Shown: one piece after another, positions 7,714-15,573 of the stretch
Layout: each line of letters begins with the position of its first letter
Position numbering within the stretch: the stretch's first letter is position 1
Source of the DNA: Geotalea uraniireducens Rf4
GTDB taxonomy: Bacteria > Desulfobacterota > Desulfuromonadia > Geobacterales > Geobacteraceae
Direction of reading: 5' to 3'
DNA: 32,000 nucleotides
Assembly (NCBI RefSeq): GCF_000016745.1
Contig: NC_009483.1
Span: 330,001-362,000, forward strand
Notes under the pieces: model-generated
Databases searched by the model: none
Told to the model about the DNA's origin: nothing
The model's input: only the letters and a program-made list of their open reading frames with translations
Made by a program: the position numbers and the translations under genes

Positions 7714-8139
7714 CTATTGCAGCTCGATAAAGTCTTTCGGCGCAAAGTTCGTTTCCATGGTCCAGATGTGGGCCCGGCAACTTTCCACCCGGAAGACCGA
7801 CAGTACGTTGAGCCCCATCTTTTCCACCAAGGGTTTCAGAAACTCGCGGCCGGGGCTATTGACAATCTCTTCCTTGAGCGCCGAATCCTCGACGAGTCTT
7901 GCGGTGCCGCGCACGCGCACCTGTTGCTGTGTCTGCCAGTCGTTGAAGCAGAGCTCCACCGCCGGATTGGCAATCATTTGCCGGTGCACGTCCTTCATGG
8001 CGCCGGTGTGGAAAATGATGCCGTTTTCCTCAGCCCTGTAAAGAAGCATGCCGCGAACGCGGGGTTCGCCGTCCTCTACGGTGGCCAGGAAGAATGCCGA
8101 ATTGCGGTTGATCAGTTCAAGTATCTGCTGCTGGTTCAA
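7714..8139 (-). CDS. Pyridoxamine 5'-phosphate oxidase family (FMN-binding split-barrel) protein
   Basis: SAFFLATVEDGEPRVRGMLLYRAEENGIIFHTGAMKDVHRQMIANPAVELCF...VRVRGTARLVED is a typical PNPOx-like fold pattern. I prefer the TTG at 8139, preceded by GAGGAGG 5 nt upstream, over the ATG at 8178, which has no SD. Confidence 0.8.
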   Translation of the reverse strand: MNQQQILELINRNSAFFLATVEDGEPRVRGMLLYRAEENGIIFHTGAMKDVHRQMIANPAVELCFNDWQTQQQVRVRGTARLVEDSALKEEIVNSPGREFLKPLVEKMGLNVLSVFRVESCRAHIWTMETNFAPKDFIELQ

Positions 8140-8234
8140 GGTCGCCTCCTCGTTGCTGTTTTGAAGGGAGCATAGCAAATATAAGAGCTTATCCGCTTCC
8201 GAAATCCTGTCAAAGTTTGTCGAAATTCCGCCTT

Positions 8235-8348
8235 ATTCCAATTCCAAATCAAGGCGCAATCTTCGTTGGCTCGTCTTCGGCTCCTCAACGTACTATCTGC
8301 ACCCCTTCGTCGCTTCACTCCTCTCCGCCTTGATTTGAAATTGGAATT
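8235..8348. repeat. 114-bp element bounded by 22-bp inverted repeats
   Basis: ATTCCAATTCCAAATCAAGGCG (8235-8256) pairs with CGCCTTGATTTGAAATTGGAAT (8327-8348), 21 of 22 complementary, separated by about 70 nt. The right arm overlaps the AraC stop codon (8347-8349). Confidence 0.5.
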
Positions 8349-9222
8349 ATTTGTACGATTTGAGAAAGTCGGTGGGACTTTGGCCGTAAAAGCGACGGAA
8401 TGAATCGGTAAAGTGGGAGGGGCTGGCGAAGCCGCAGCTGAGGGCAACGCTGGTAACGGAGCATTCGCCGGTCCGGAGCAGTTTCCTGGCCTGTTCGAGC
8501 CTGACACGGTTAAGATAGGCAAGAGGTGGGTGCCCGGTTTCCCGTTTGAAAATGCGGCTGAAATGGGATGTGGACATGGCGGCAACGGCGGCCAGTTGCC
8601 CAATGGATAGTTTCTTGCCGGCATGGGTCTGGATGTACTCTATTACCCGGTGGATTTCCACCCTGTTGCCGATGCTTGCATCGGGGGTGATAATCCCATG
8701 GGCGGCCCTGATGAGGGCATGGACGATGCGGGTCCCGATGGCGGCGAGGAGTGGTTCCCGCGCTGGAAGCCGGGCCTCGGCTTCGTTCATGAACTCTTTG
8801 AGGAGGCCCATCATTTCGCGGCCGGGGGTGAAGGTGCGGAACCGAAAGGGGCGCGGACGGATGGACGGATAGCGGCCGAGCTCCTTTTCGAAAAGGTCCC
8901 GATCGATGAAGATAGCGATATAGCGTGGCGTCTCGTCTGCCGTCATCTCATGGTGTACGGCATCTGGATCAATGGCCATGATCTGGCCGGGTTGGGAGAG
9001 GACGGTCTTGCCGCCAATCGCCAGGCGGGTATAGCTGTCAAAGGTGAGAACAAAGGAGTAGGCCGGGTGACTGTGGTCGGGGGTGATGGCATAGAAACAG
9101 GGACCGACCGCGGGGATGAAGACGCCGATTTCGTTTCCTATGAAGCAGTCCACATAGCGAAGCTGATCCTCGGAGACATCCCCCACGAGGCGGGAAATTA
9201 ATGCGAGTTCTTCACGGGTCAT
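8347..9222 (-). CDS. AraC family transcriptional regulator
   Basis: C-terminal double HTH: LSIGQLAAVAAMSTSHFSRIFKRETGHPPLAYLNRVRLEQARKLL...VTSVALSCGFASPSHFTDSFRRFYGQSPTDF. The N-terminus looks like a cupin-type sensor domain. I chose the ATG at 9222 (MTREEL), but the GTG at 9258 is possible. Confidence 0.85.
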   Translation of the reverse strand: MTREELALISRLVGDVSEDQLRYVDCFIGNEIGVFIPAVGPCFYAITPDHSHPAYSFVLTFDSYTRLAIGGKTVLSQPGQIMAIDPDAVHHEMTADETPRYIAIFIDRDLFEKELGRYPSIRPRPFRFRTFTPGREMMGLLKEFMNEAEARLPAREPLLAAIGTRIVHALIRAAHGIITPDASIGNRVEIHRVIEYIQTHAGKKLSIGQLAAVAAMSTSHFSRIFKRETGHPPLAYLNRVRLEQARKLLRTGECSVTSVALSCGFASPSHFTDSFRRFYGQSPTDFLKSYK

Positions 9223-9488
9223 GGTCGCGTTCTTTCCTCCCTGCTCGATTATAATCACAATCGGCTCAGATTGACAGTCGTTTTCCAGAGGAATTCACGG
9301 CAATGATCCTTTGTCTGATCCGATGGAGTTATAACTGTATCAATACAGGATTTACGCTGATTTTCATGTTGTTTCGGATTATTCTGACTGGCCCGCCTGA
9401 TCAAATGGAAGCTGAAAATCCATGCATCCCGCCGTAAAAATTGCTATACTATCGCTCCCCCATATCCCGCATGCTGAAAGGAGTAGCG

Positions 9489-10148
9489 ATGGAAATGCAT
9501 CTCAACGACATGGAAGTACGGGTACTTGGCTGCCTCATCGAGAAGGAGCTGACGACCCCGGAATACTACCCTCTTACCCTTAACGCCCTGACAAATGCCT
9601 GCAACCAGAAGTCGAACCGTGACCCGGTGCTGACCCGTGAGGAGGTCGAGGTGGTTCGTGCCCTGGATTCGCTGAAGTTCAAGCAGCTGGCGCTGTTGTC
9701 TGCCGAAGGGGGACGGGTACCCAAATACCGCCATACACTGGTTGAGAAGCTTCGCCTCGACCCTCCTGAGCTGGCAGTGCTCGCTGAACTGCTGTTGCGC
9801 GGCCCCCAGACGGTGGGCGAGCTGCGGACCCGGGGGGAGCGGATGCACCCTTTCCCCGATCTGGCTGCGGTGGAGGAGGTGCTGGGAGAACTGATGGCGC
9901 GTACTCCCCCCCTCGTTACCCGGCTCCCCCGGCAGCAGGGGAGGAAGGAATCCCGCCATGCCCACCTTTTTGCCGGAGAGCCGGAGCTGGCCACCGCAGA
10001 GCTGACTCCTTCTCCTGAGGCGGCGCGGCTTAAGGTCATGGCTGAGAATGAGCGGATTGCAAAACTGGAGGAAGAGGTTGCCGGCCTGCGCAGTGAGGTT
10101 GTCGAACTGCGCCGCCTCGTCGACGAGTTCAAGTCGCAGTTCGAGTGA
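9489..10148 (+). CDS. yceH: DUF480 (YceH/UPF0502) family protein with a C-terminal coiled coil
   Basis: LNDMEVRVLGCLIEKELTTPEYYPLTLNALTNACNQKSNRDPV is the hallmark N-terminus of YceH-like winged-helix proteins. The SD AAGGAG lies 5 nt before the ATG at 9489. Confidence 0.85.
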   Translation: MEMHLNDMEVRVLGCLIEKELTTPEYYPLTLNALTNACNQKSNRDPVLTREEVEVVRALDSLKFKQLALLSAEGGRVPKYRHTLVEKLRLDPPELAVLAELLLRGPQTVGELRTRGERMHPFPDLAAVEEVLGELMARTPPLVTRLPRQQGRKESRHAHLFAGEPELATAELTPSPEAARLKVMAENERIAKLEEEVAGLRSEVVELRRLVDEFKSQFE

Positions 10149-10184
10149 AGGCAATAACGGAAGCCGATCACGCATCAGGGCAAA

Positions 10185-10218
10185 GGGGCCGTTTCCCATG
10201 GGGAGGCGGCCCTTTTTT
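10185..10218 (+). terminator. Rho-independent terminator after yceH
   Basis: GGGGCCGTTTCCCATGGGGAGGCGGCCC hairpin followed by TTTTTT. Confidence 0.7.
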
Positions 10219-10285
10219 GTTCCGGTTTGTCCAGCGAGGTTGGGCCGGAAAATGGAGAGCATGTAAGGCTTCCGGCGGTTTTACT

Positions 10286-10314
10286 TTGCCAAGCTCGGGC
10301 TTTACGGTATATAA
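10286..10314 (+). promoter_or_regulatory. Candidate sigma-70 promoter for the Cys-cluster kinase gene
   Basis: TTGCCA (10286-10291), 17 nt, ATATAA (10309-10314). Pattern match only. Confidence 0.3.
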
Positions 10315-10359
10315 ATATGTTCAAATGGGGATGCCCCATGTCGAGCCCGGGAGGAATTC

Positions 10360-11580
10360 ATGAATGTCACCGCATCAAATACTCGCTTCGCATCGCCCCA
10401 TCGTTCGCCAGCCTCTGAACTGAACAGGCAACGGGCGCTTCTGACCGAGGATGACAGCCTTCCCACGGTGCTGAATGCCATGCCCCAGGTTGTCATGATC
10501 CTCAACCTGAACCGGCAGATACTCTTCGGCAACCGGGCTTTGGAAGAGTTCGCCGAAGCCCAGGGATGGAAGAGCTTTGTCGGACTCCGGCCGGGTGAGC
10601 TTCTCTCCTGCCAGCACGCCATTGCTGCTGAAGCCGGTTGCGGCACGGGGGAGTCATGCTGTACCTGTGGAGCTGTCGAAGGAATCCTCGCTGCCCTGGC
10701 AGGTGCCGGGGGGGCGCGTGAATGCCGGGTGCTCAGGAAGACCCGCACCGGGATCGAGGCCCTTGACCTGAAGCTCTGGGGTACTCCCTTCATCTGGAAG
10801 GGTGGATCGTTTGCCCTTGTGGCGGTCGTGGATATCAGTGATAAAAAGCGGCGACAATTGCTGGAGAAGATTTTTTTCCACGATATCCTCAACATTGCCG
10901 GTGCCCTCGGAAACCTGCTCGAACTCCTGGCCAAAGGGGTGGTGACAATCGACAAGGCCCAGGATGATTTGATCGAGATGACGCAAGACCTCATTTCCGA
11001 GATCAGGAGCCAACGTGAGCTCCTTGCCGCCGAGAGCAACGAACTCAAGGTGAACCTGACCACGCTCCACTCCCGGCTTTTCCTGGAATGGGTGATACGG
11101 ACATATCGGAATGCCTCCGCTGCCGTCGAAAAGGAGATTGTCATTGCCGAGGGGTGCTGCGGGACGTTTTTTACCAGCGATGAGATTCTGCTCGGCCGGG
11201 TGCTTGGCAACCTGGTTAAGAATGCCCTTGAGGCGTCCGCTCCGGGACAGCGCGTGACCCTTGGTTGCAGCACAAACGGTGCGGAGGTCTCTTTCTCGTG
11301 TCACAACGAAGGGGTTATCCCGAGAAAGGTCCAGTTGCAGATATTCCTCCGCTCCTTCACAACCAAGGACCCTGGAAGGGGGGTCGGGACCTACAGCGTG
11401 AAACTGCTGACGGAACGCTATCTGCAAGGGACGGTTTCATTTGTTTCCACCCCGGCGGAAGGAACGACATTCACTGCAACGTTGCCGATTGTTCCTGTAA
11501 GGCGGGAAGAAGAACGTTGGGCTGGTGCTTGCGGAGAAGAAGGTGTCGGAGGTGGTGCCCCGCTGGGATGCAATCGATGA
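10360..11580 (+). CDS. Cytoplasmic sensor histidine kinase with a PAS-like domain carrying a five-Cys cluster
   Basis: PAS-like LNAMPQVVMILNLNRQILFGNRALEEF... contains C-x9-C-x5-C-C-x-C (SCQHAIAAEAGCGTGESCCTCG). H-box FFHDILNIAGAL. ATPase boxes LGNLVKNALEAS and DPGRGVGTYSVKLL, then GTTFTATLP. The SD GGGAGG lies before the ATG at 10360. There are no TM segments and no adjacent cognate response regulator. Confidence 0.85.
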   Translation: MNVTASNTRFASPHRSPASELNRQRALLTEDDSLPTVLNAMPQVVMILNLNRQILFGNRALEEFAEAQGWKSFVGLRPGELLSCQHAIAAEAGCGTGESCCTCGAVEGILAALAGAGGARECRVLRKTRTGIEALDLKLWGTPFIWKGGSFALVAVVDISDKKRRQLLEKIFFHDILNIAGALGNLLELLAKGVVTIDKAQDDLIEMTQDLISEIRSQRELLAAESNELKVNLTTLHSRLFLEWVIRTYRNASAAVEKEIVIAEGCCGTFFTSDEILLGRVLGNLVKNALEASAPGQRVTLGCSTNGAEVSFSCHNEGVIPRKVQLQIFLRSFTTKDPGRGVGTYSVKLLTERYLQGTVSFVSTPAEGTTFTATLPIVPVRREEERWAGACGEEGVGGGAPLGCNR

Positions 11581-12214
11581 TGGTGAGCTTATCCTTGATG
11601 GATGCAAGGGCCAACGCGTGATAATGGCGAACTTCGACGACATCCAATGCGCCTTGGCCAATCGGGAACCGGGAATCCTGCCTGCCGACCGGCGAAGACT
11701 TGCTGCCGTGGCGCTTATCCTGCGGAAGGGTACAGTCGGCCTGGAGATACTCTTTATCGAGCGGGCAAGGCACGCCGGCGATCCCTGGTCGGGGGATCTG
11801 GGCTTTCCCGGCGGCAAGGTCGAAGCCGAAGATGCCGATCCCCGTTTTGCCGCGGAACGGGAAACACGGGAAGAGATCGGCCTCGACCTTCGATGCGCAC
11901 GTTATCTTGGCCGCCTCGATGAAATCGTCGGCGCCACCCTTCCGGTCAGGGTGACGTGCTTCGTTTACGGGGTTGTCGAGGAGGTGGAACCGCATCTCAA
12001 CGAGGAGGTGCATGATGCTTTCTGGGTACGCCTTGCTGACCTTGTCGATCCGGGTCGCCACGTTGAGGTCCCGGTTCGCTTCACCGGGAAGATATTGCGC
12101 CGCCCTGCCATCCGCCTGCCGCAACCGGGGATACCCGTACTCTGGGGGCTTACCTATCGACTGGTTACCCAGTTTCTGAAAGTTCTCAATGAACCGATAT
12201 GCTCCGGTCCATAA
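11543..12214 (+). CDS. Nudix hydrolase, CoA pyrophosphatase (NudL/Pcd1)-like
   Basis: LFIERARHAGDPWSGDLGFPGGKVEAEDADPRFAAERETREEIGL has the same spacing as the NudL-type motif plus Nudix box. The start is uncertain: GTG 11543 (SD GGAG 6 nt upstream), GTG 11525 or ATG 11624. The first two overlap the end of the kinase gene. Confidence 0.8.
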   Translation: MSEVVPRWDAIDDGELILDGCKGQRVIMANFDDIQCALANREPGILPADRRRLAAVALILRKGTVGLEILFIERARHAGDPWSGDLGFPGGKVEAEDADPRFAAERETREEIGLDLRCARYLGRLDEIVGATLPVRVTCFVYGVVEEVEPHLNEEVHDAFWVRLADLVDPGRHVEVPVRFTGKILRRPAIRLPQPGIPVLWGLTYRLVTQFLKVLNEPICSGP

Positions 12215-12342
12215 CCGTATGCCATGACGTTTACTGCAATCCTTTCAGGTCGGAATTTCTGCGGCTAAAGTTTCCCGGTGCGGTGACGATAAGATTAAAT
12301 ACCCATCATATGCTGGTACGAAGGTTATAAGCTGGAGCGGAT

Positions 12343-12684
12343 ATGCAGACTTTACCGATTGCCCTGGTTGAAGAGGGGATGGTGCTGGCCCGGGATGTGG
12401 TCCGCCAGGATAATCCCAACGGCCCGCCGGTGTGCGGCAAGGGGATGACCCTTACGGACAACCTGCTGGAGCGTCTCAGGACGATGGGGATCAAATCGCT
12501 CGTTGTCGAAGGCCATCCCGTCGATGTCGATGGCGAGCAGTCGTTGGCGGAGATGCTTGCAGCGCTGGAGGAGCGTTTCAGAAAGGCGGAGCATGATCCT
12601 CTTATGATGAAGCTGCGGGAATGTTACCGGAAAATAATAACCCGATCCATGGAAGGATTCAGCAGTGGACGAGAAGCGGATTGA
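12343..12684 (+). CDS. Small hypothetical protein (113 aa), first gene of the HDOD/GGDEF operon
   Basis: The SD GGAG lies before the ATG at 12343, and the ORF overlaps the HDOD gene start by 20 nt. The N-terminal pattern LVEEGMVLARDVV...GKGMTLTDNLLERLRTMGIKSLVV reminds me of the DUF3391-type module found N-terminal to HD-GYP proteins. That is from memory and is low confidence. Confidence 0.6.
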   Translation: MQTLPIALVEEGMVLARDVVRQDNPNGPPVCGKGMTLTDNLLERLRTMGIKSLVVEGHPVDVDGEQSLAEMLAALEERFRKAEHDPLMMKLRECYRKIITRSMEGFSSGREAD

Positions 12685-13519
12685 ACTGAGGCAGATTATT
12701 AAGGATACCCGGTCGCTGCCGACCCTGCCCGGGATTATCAACAAGCTGAACGCCATGTCCGGCAACAGCAAGACCTCTATTCGGGAGATGGCCAACATGG
12801 TTTCGTCGGATCAGGTGCTGTCCGCCAAGGTGCTCCGGCTGGCCAATTCACCCTCCTATGGCTTCCCCCGCATCTCGACGGTCTCCAATGCCATGATACT
12901 GCTCGGGGTGGACGTGGTAAAAAGCCTGGTTATAAGCTCTTCCATTTTCGAACTCATGGAAACCAGCGTGGTGGGGCTCTGGGAGCATTCTCTCGGTGCC
13001 GGCGTGGCGGCAAACATCATCTGCCGGAAGCTCCAGTTGCGTGACTGCGAGGAGATCTCCACAGCGGCCCTTCTCCACGACATCGGCAAAGTCATCATCA
13101 AGATCAAGTGTGAGGATGATTACAGCAACTTGTTGTGTCTGGTTCGCGAGAAGGATATTTCGATGCTGGCTGCAGAAGAGGAACTGCTTGGGACCGATCA
13201 TGCCGAGGTCGGCGTCTGGCTGGCCAAGAGCTGGTTCCTTCCCGAAAAGCTGTGCGAGCCGATTGCCTGTCACCACGATGTGGCGAAGGCTGACGAGCAC
13301 GATGTGCGCACCGCCGTAGTACATCTGGCTGACGTGCTCATCAAGGCCAGTGGATTCGGTTTCAGCGGCGACCAGCTTGTCCCGCTCATTCAACCCCTTG
13401 CCATGAAGCGACTCGGCATGAGCGTGGACGACCTGGAGCAGATCATCGAAGTTCTCGATGACCGACTGATCGATGTGAAGAACTTCAGCCTTGAGATCCA
13501 GGCCGACAATGGTGCGTGA
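12665..13519 (+). CDS. HDOD domain protein
   Basis: LPTLPGIINKLNAM...SSDQVLSAKVLRLANSPSYGFPRISTVSNAMILLGVDVVKSL..., WEHSL, AALLHDIGKVII and GTDHAEVGVWLAKSW are the canonical HDOD pattern. Confidence 0.85.
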   Translation: MDEKRIELRQIIKDTRSLPTLPGIINKLNAMSGNSKTSIREMANMVSSDQVLSAKVLRLANSPSYGFPRISTVSNAMILLGVDVVKSLVISSSIFELMETSVVGLWEHSLGAGVAANIICRKLQLRDCEEISTAALLHDIGKVIIKIKCEDDYSNLLCLVREKDISMLAAEEELLGTDHAEVGVWLAKSWFLPEKLCEPIACHHDVAKADEHDVRTAVVHLADVLIKASGFGFSGDQLVPLIQPLAMKRLGMSVDDLEQIIEVLDDRLIDVKNFSLEIQADNGA

Positions 13520-14429
13520 CCTCCGCATAACGCTCATTGCCCCGGCGAATGACGATTCCGGCATCCTGAAAATCCGCCTGCAGAGCAAGGGGTACCAGGT
13601 GGTCAGGCTGGAGCGCCCTTCCCTGGTGATGGGATATGTCTATGCCGACCCGCCCGATATCTTTATCATCGACCTTTCCGTTCCCGATGTACAGATGCTG
13701 GGGGTGGTCCGCGACCTCAGGGGGGACAGCTATTTCAGCACCATTCCGGTCATCGGGCTGGTCACCGACCCTATGGTGGAGGACTTTGACTGGCAAAACT
13801 ATCAAATAGACGATTTCGTCTCCGTGCCGGTAAAGTATCCCGAACTGTTCAGCCGCATCCGACTCTCCGTGGCCCGTATTCTTCGGGTCTTTGACAACAA
13901 TCCGCTCACGAAACTTCCCGGCAACACATCTATCCAGCGTGCCATAGAAAAGGCCATCGGCCGGCCGATGGCGGTTTGCTACATCGACATCAACAACTTC
14001 AAGCCGTACAATGACGTGTACGGTTTTTCCAAAGGTGACGTGGTCCTCCGTATGCTGGCCCGAATCATGTTCAATGCCGTCAAGGAGTCGGGTGGCGGGT
14101 TTGCCGGACATGTGGGGGGGGATGACTTTGTCTTCATCCTGCCGCAGGAGCGGGCGGAGACGGTCTGCAAAACGATTATTGAAAACTTCGACAGGATTGT
14201 GAATGATTTGTTTGAAGGTGACGAATTGGTGAACGGCTATTACAAAGCTAAAAACCGCAAGGGTGAAGACGAAAATATGCCGCTGCTCGGGATTGCCATC
14301 GCTGTGGTGCCGACCGACAGTCCGGCCATCAACCACTATGGCAAGGTGAGCGAGGTGGCGGCCGAGATGAAGATGCTGGCCAAGAAAAGCGGCAAAAGCA
14401 ATTACGTTATTGACCGACGTTTGAGATGA
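13509..14429 (+). CDS. Receiver-like domain fused to a GGDEF-family domain with a GGDDF motif
   Basis: REC-like: ITLIAPANDD...IFIIDLSVPD...PVIGLVTD...DDFVSVPV, with no Lys at the conserved K position. GGDEF-like: NPLTKLPGN..., CYIDINNFKPYNDVYGFSKGD and GHVGGDDFVFILP (GGDDF at 14115-14129). There is no RxxD I-site. The ATG at 13509 overlaps the HDOD stop. Confidence 0.85.
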   Translation: MVRDLRITLIAPANDDSGILKIRLQSKGYQVVRLERPSLVMGYVYADPPDIFIIDLSVPDVQMLGVVRDLRGDSYFSTIPVIGLVTDPMVEDFDWQNYQIDDFVSVPVKYPELFSRIRLSVARILRVFDNNPLTKLPGNTSIQRAIEKAIGRPMAVCYIDINNFKPYNDVYGFSKGDVVLRMLARIMFNAVKESGGGFAGHVGGDDFVFILPQERAETVCKTIIENFDRIVNDLFEGDELVNGYYKAKNRKGEDENMPLLGIAIAVVPTDSPAINHYGKVSEVAAEMKMLAKKSGKSNYVIDRRLR

Positions 14430-14511
14430 GTTGCAGGGAAAAAACTGTTGCAGAGCCCGTTTGAAGTGGTTACAGTAAACCCCTCAGAATAAAAAAGAGG
14501 GAGATTTGCCG

Positions 14512-14814
14512 GTGACACCAACCAGAGAAGAACTGGCCGCAACTGTTGATGTGGCCGAATGGCGCCTGCTGCGAGGGCATTTGGAAAGGGGAGGATTGAT
14601 CGTCGTCGACCGCGAGCTGGATCTGGTGGAGGCGGGGGTAAGGGTGGCCAATGATGATTCCGCGACCATCGGGAGTTGGATCGAAGCCGGCAAGCTGGCC
14701 AAACCTTCTGCCGAACAGATTGCCGAGTGGGATGCTGCCGATGAGAAAAAATTCCGGATGCTGATCATCAGCCCCTACATCCTTATCCAGGATGAGGGGC
14801 TTACTGTAGGGTAA
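14512..14814 (+). CDS. DUF2288 family protein
   Basis: WRLLRGHLERGGLIVVDRELDLVEAGVRVANDDSATIGSWIEAGKLAKPSAEQIAEWD...FRMLIISPYILIQ matches my memory of DUF2288. I prefer the GTG at 14512, 8 nt after GGGAG, over the TTG at 14506. Confidence 0.7.
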   Translation: MTPTREELAATVDVAEWRLLRGHLERGGLIVVDRELDLVEAGVRVANDDSATIGSWIEAGKLAKPSAEQIAEWDAADEKKFRMLIISPYILIQDEGLTVG

Positions 14815-14827
14815 CTGGGGGGGAACC

Positions 14828-15559
14828 ATGGCTAATGGAGAGGATACACCGCTGTCCTGTTCGAAATGCAGCGCGGTCTGGCAGAAATTCGGCGTCACCA
14901 ACTGCTGGAGTGGCAATCCCGACACCGCACCGCCGAAGCCCGGCAACTGCCCGTCCGAAGCCTACGGCGACATTATCAGCGCTTCGCTCAAGGAATACGC
15001 CGGCGACAGCGACGATGCCAGGATGGCATTAGTGGCAGCGCGGGTAGAGGGGCTTTGCTACCGGAAGGTAGATGGGAGCGATGCTGTTAATGCACGCTGG
15101 ACGAGGGTGGAAGACACCATCGCCTTTGCCCGCCTGATGGGGTGGAAAAAGATCGGTATTGCCACCTGTATCGGCCTTTTGGATGAAACCGATCGGCTGG
15201 TTGCGATCCTCAAGGCGCAGAGACTGGAGCCGCAAAGCGTCTGTTGCAAGGCGGGTAGCATCGACAAGAAAGAGCTGGGCCTGACGGAGGAGGAAAAGGT
15301 CCGGCCCAATACGTTCGAGCCTGCATGCAACCCCATCGCCCAGGCCGAGATCTGCAACCGGCTCGGTACCGACATGAACATTATCGTCGGCCTTTGCATC
15401 GGCCACGACATGCTGTTCAACAAGCATTCGCAGGCGCCGGTCACTACCCTGGTGGTGAAGGACCGGGTAACTGGCCACAACCCTGCGGCAGTGCTTTACG
15501 GGCAGAATTTCTACTACAAACGGCTGCAAAAGCAACCGGTGCTTGTTGGCGACGAGTAG
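14828..15559 (+). CDS. DUF1847 family (Cys-rich, predicted metal-binding) protein
   Basis: CSKCS...NCWSG...GNCPSE at the N-terminus, then IGIATCIGLLDE and IIVGLCIGHDMLFNKHSQAPVTTLVVKDRVTGHNP, typical of DUF1847. Confidence 0.75.
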   Translation: MANGEDTPLSCSKCSAVWQKFGVTNCWSGNPDTAPPKPGNCPSEAYGDIISASLKEYAGDSDDARMALVAARVEGLCYRKVDGSDAVNARWTRVEDTIAFARLMGWKKIGIATCIGLLDETDRLVAILKAQRLEPQSVCCKAGSIDKKELGLTEEEKVRPNTFEPACNPIAQAEICNRLGTDMNIIVGLCIGHDMLFNKHSQAPVTTLVVKDRVTGHNPAAVLYGQNFYYKRLQKQPVLVGDE

Positions 15560-15573
15560 CCGCGAGCGTCCCA

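Noticed and set aside
5951-8624. Long antisense ORFs 5951..6808 (+), 6801..7445 (+), 7006..7497 (+), 7717..8175 (+) and 8136..8624 (-).
   Set aside because: Each lies opposite a CDS with strong family motifs (Dus, FKBP, PNPOx, AraC). Their products are repetitive or low-complexity and lack start-site signals.
9444-14336. Antisense ORFs 9444..10262, 9566..10171, 10302..11273, 10654..11427, 11471..12124, 12848..13588 and 13485..14336.
   Set aside because: All lie opposite motif-supported plus-strand genes (yceH, kinase, Nudix, HDOD, GGDEF). They have no independent evidence.
13509-14429. A Hypr-GGDEF (cGAMP synthase, GacA-like) assignment for the REC-GGDEF protein.
   Set aside because: The specificity position in the G(H/F)xxGD motif is Asp (GFSKGD), not the Ser that characterises Hypr enzymes. 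Only the atypical GGDDF and the missing Arg are noted.
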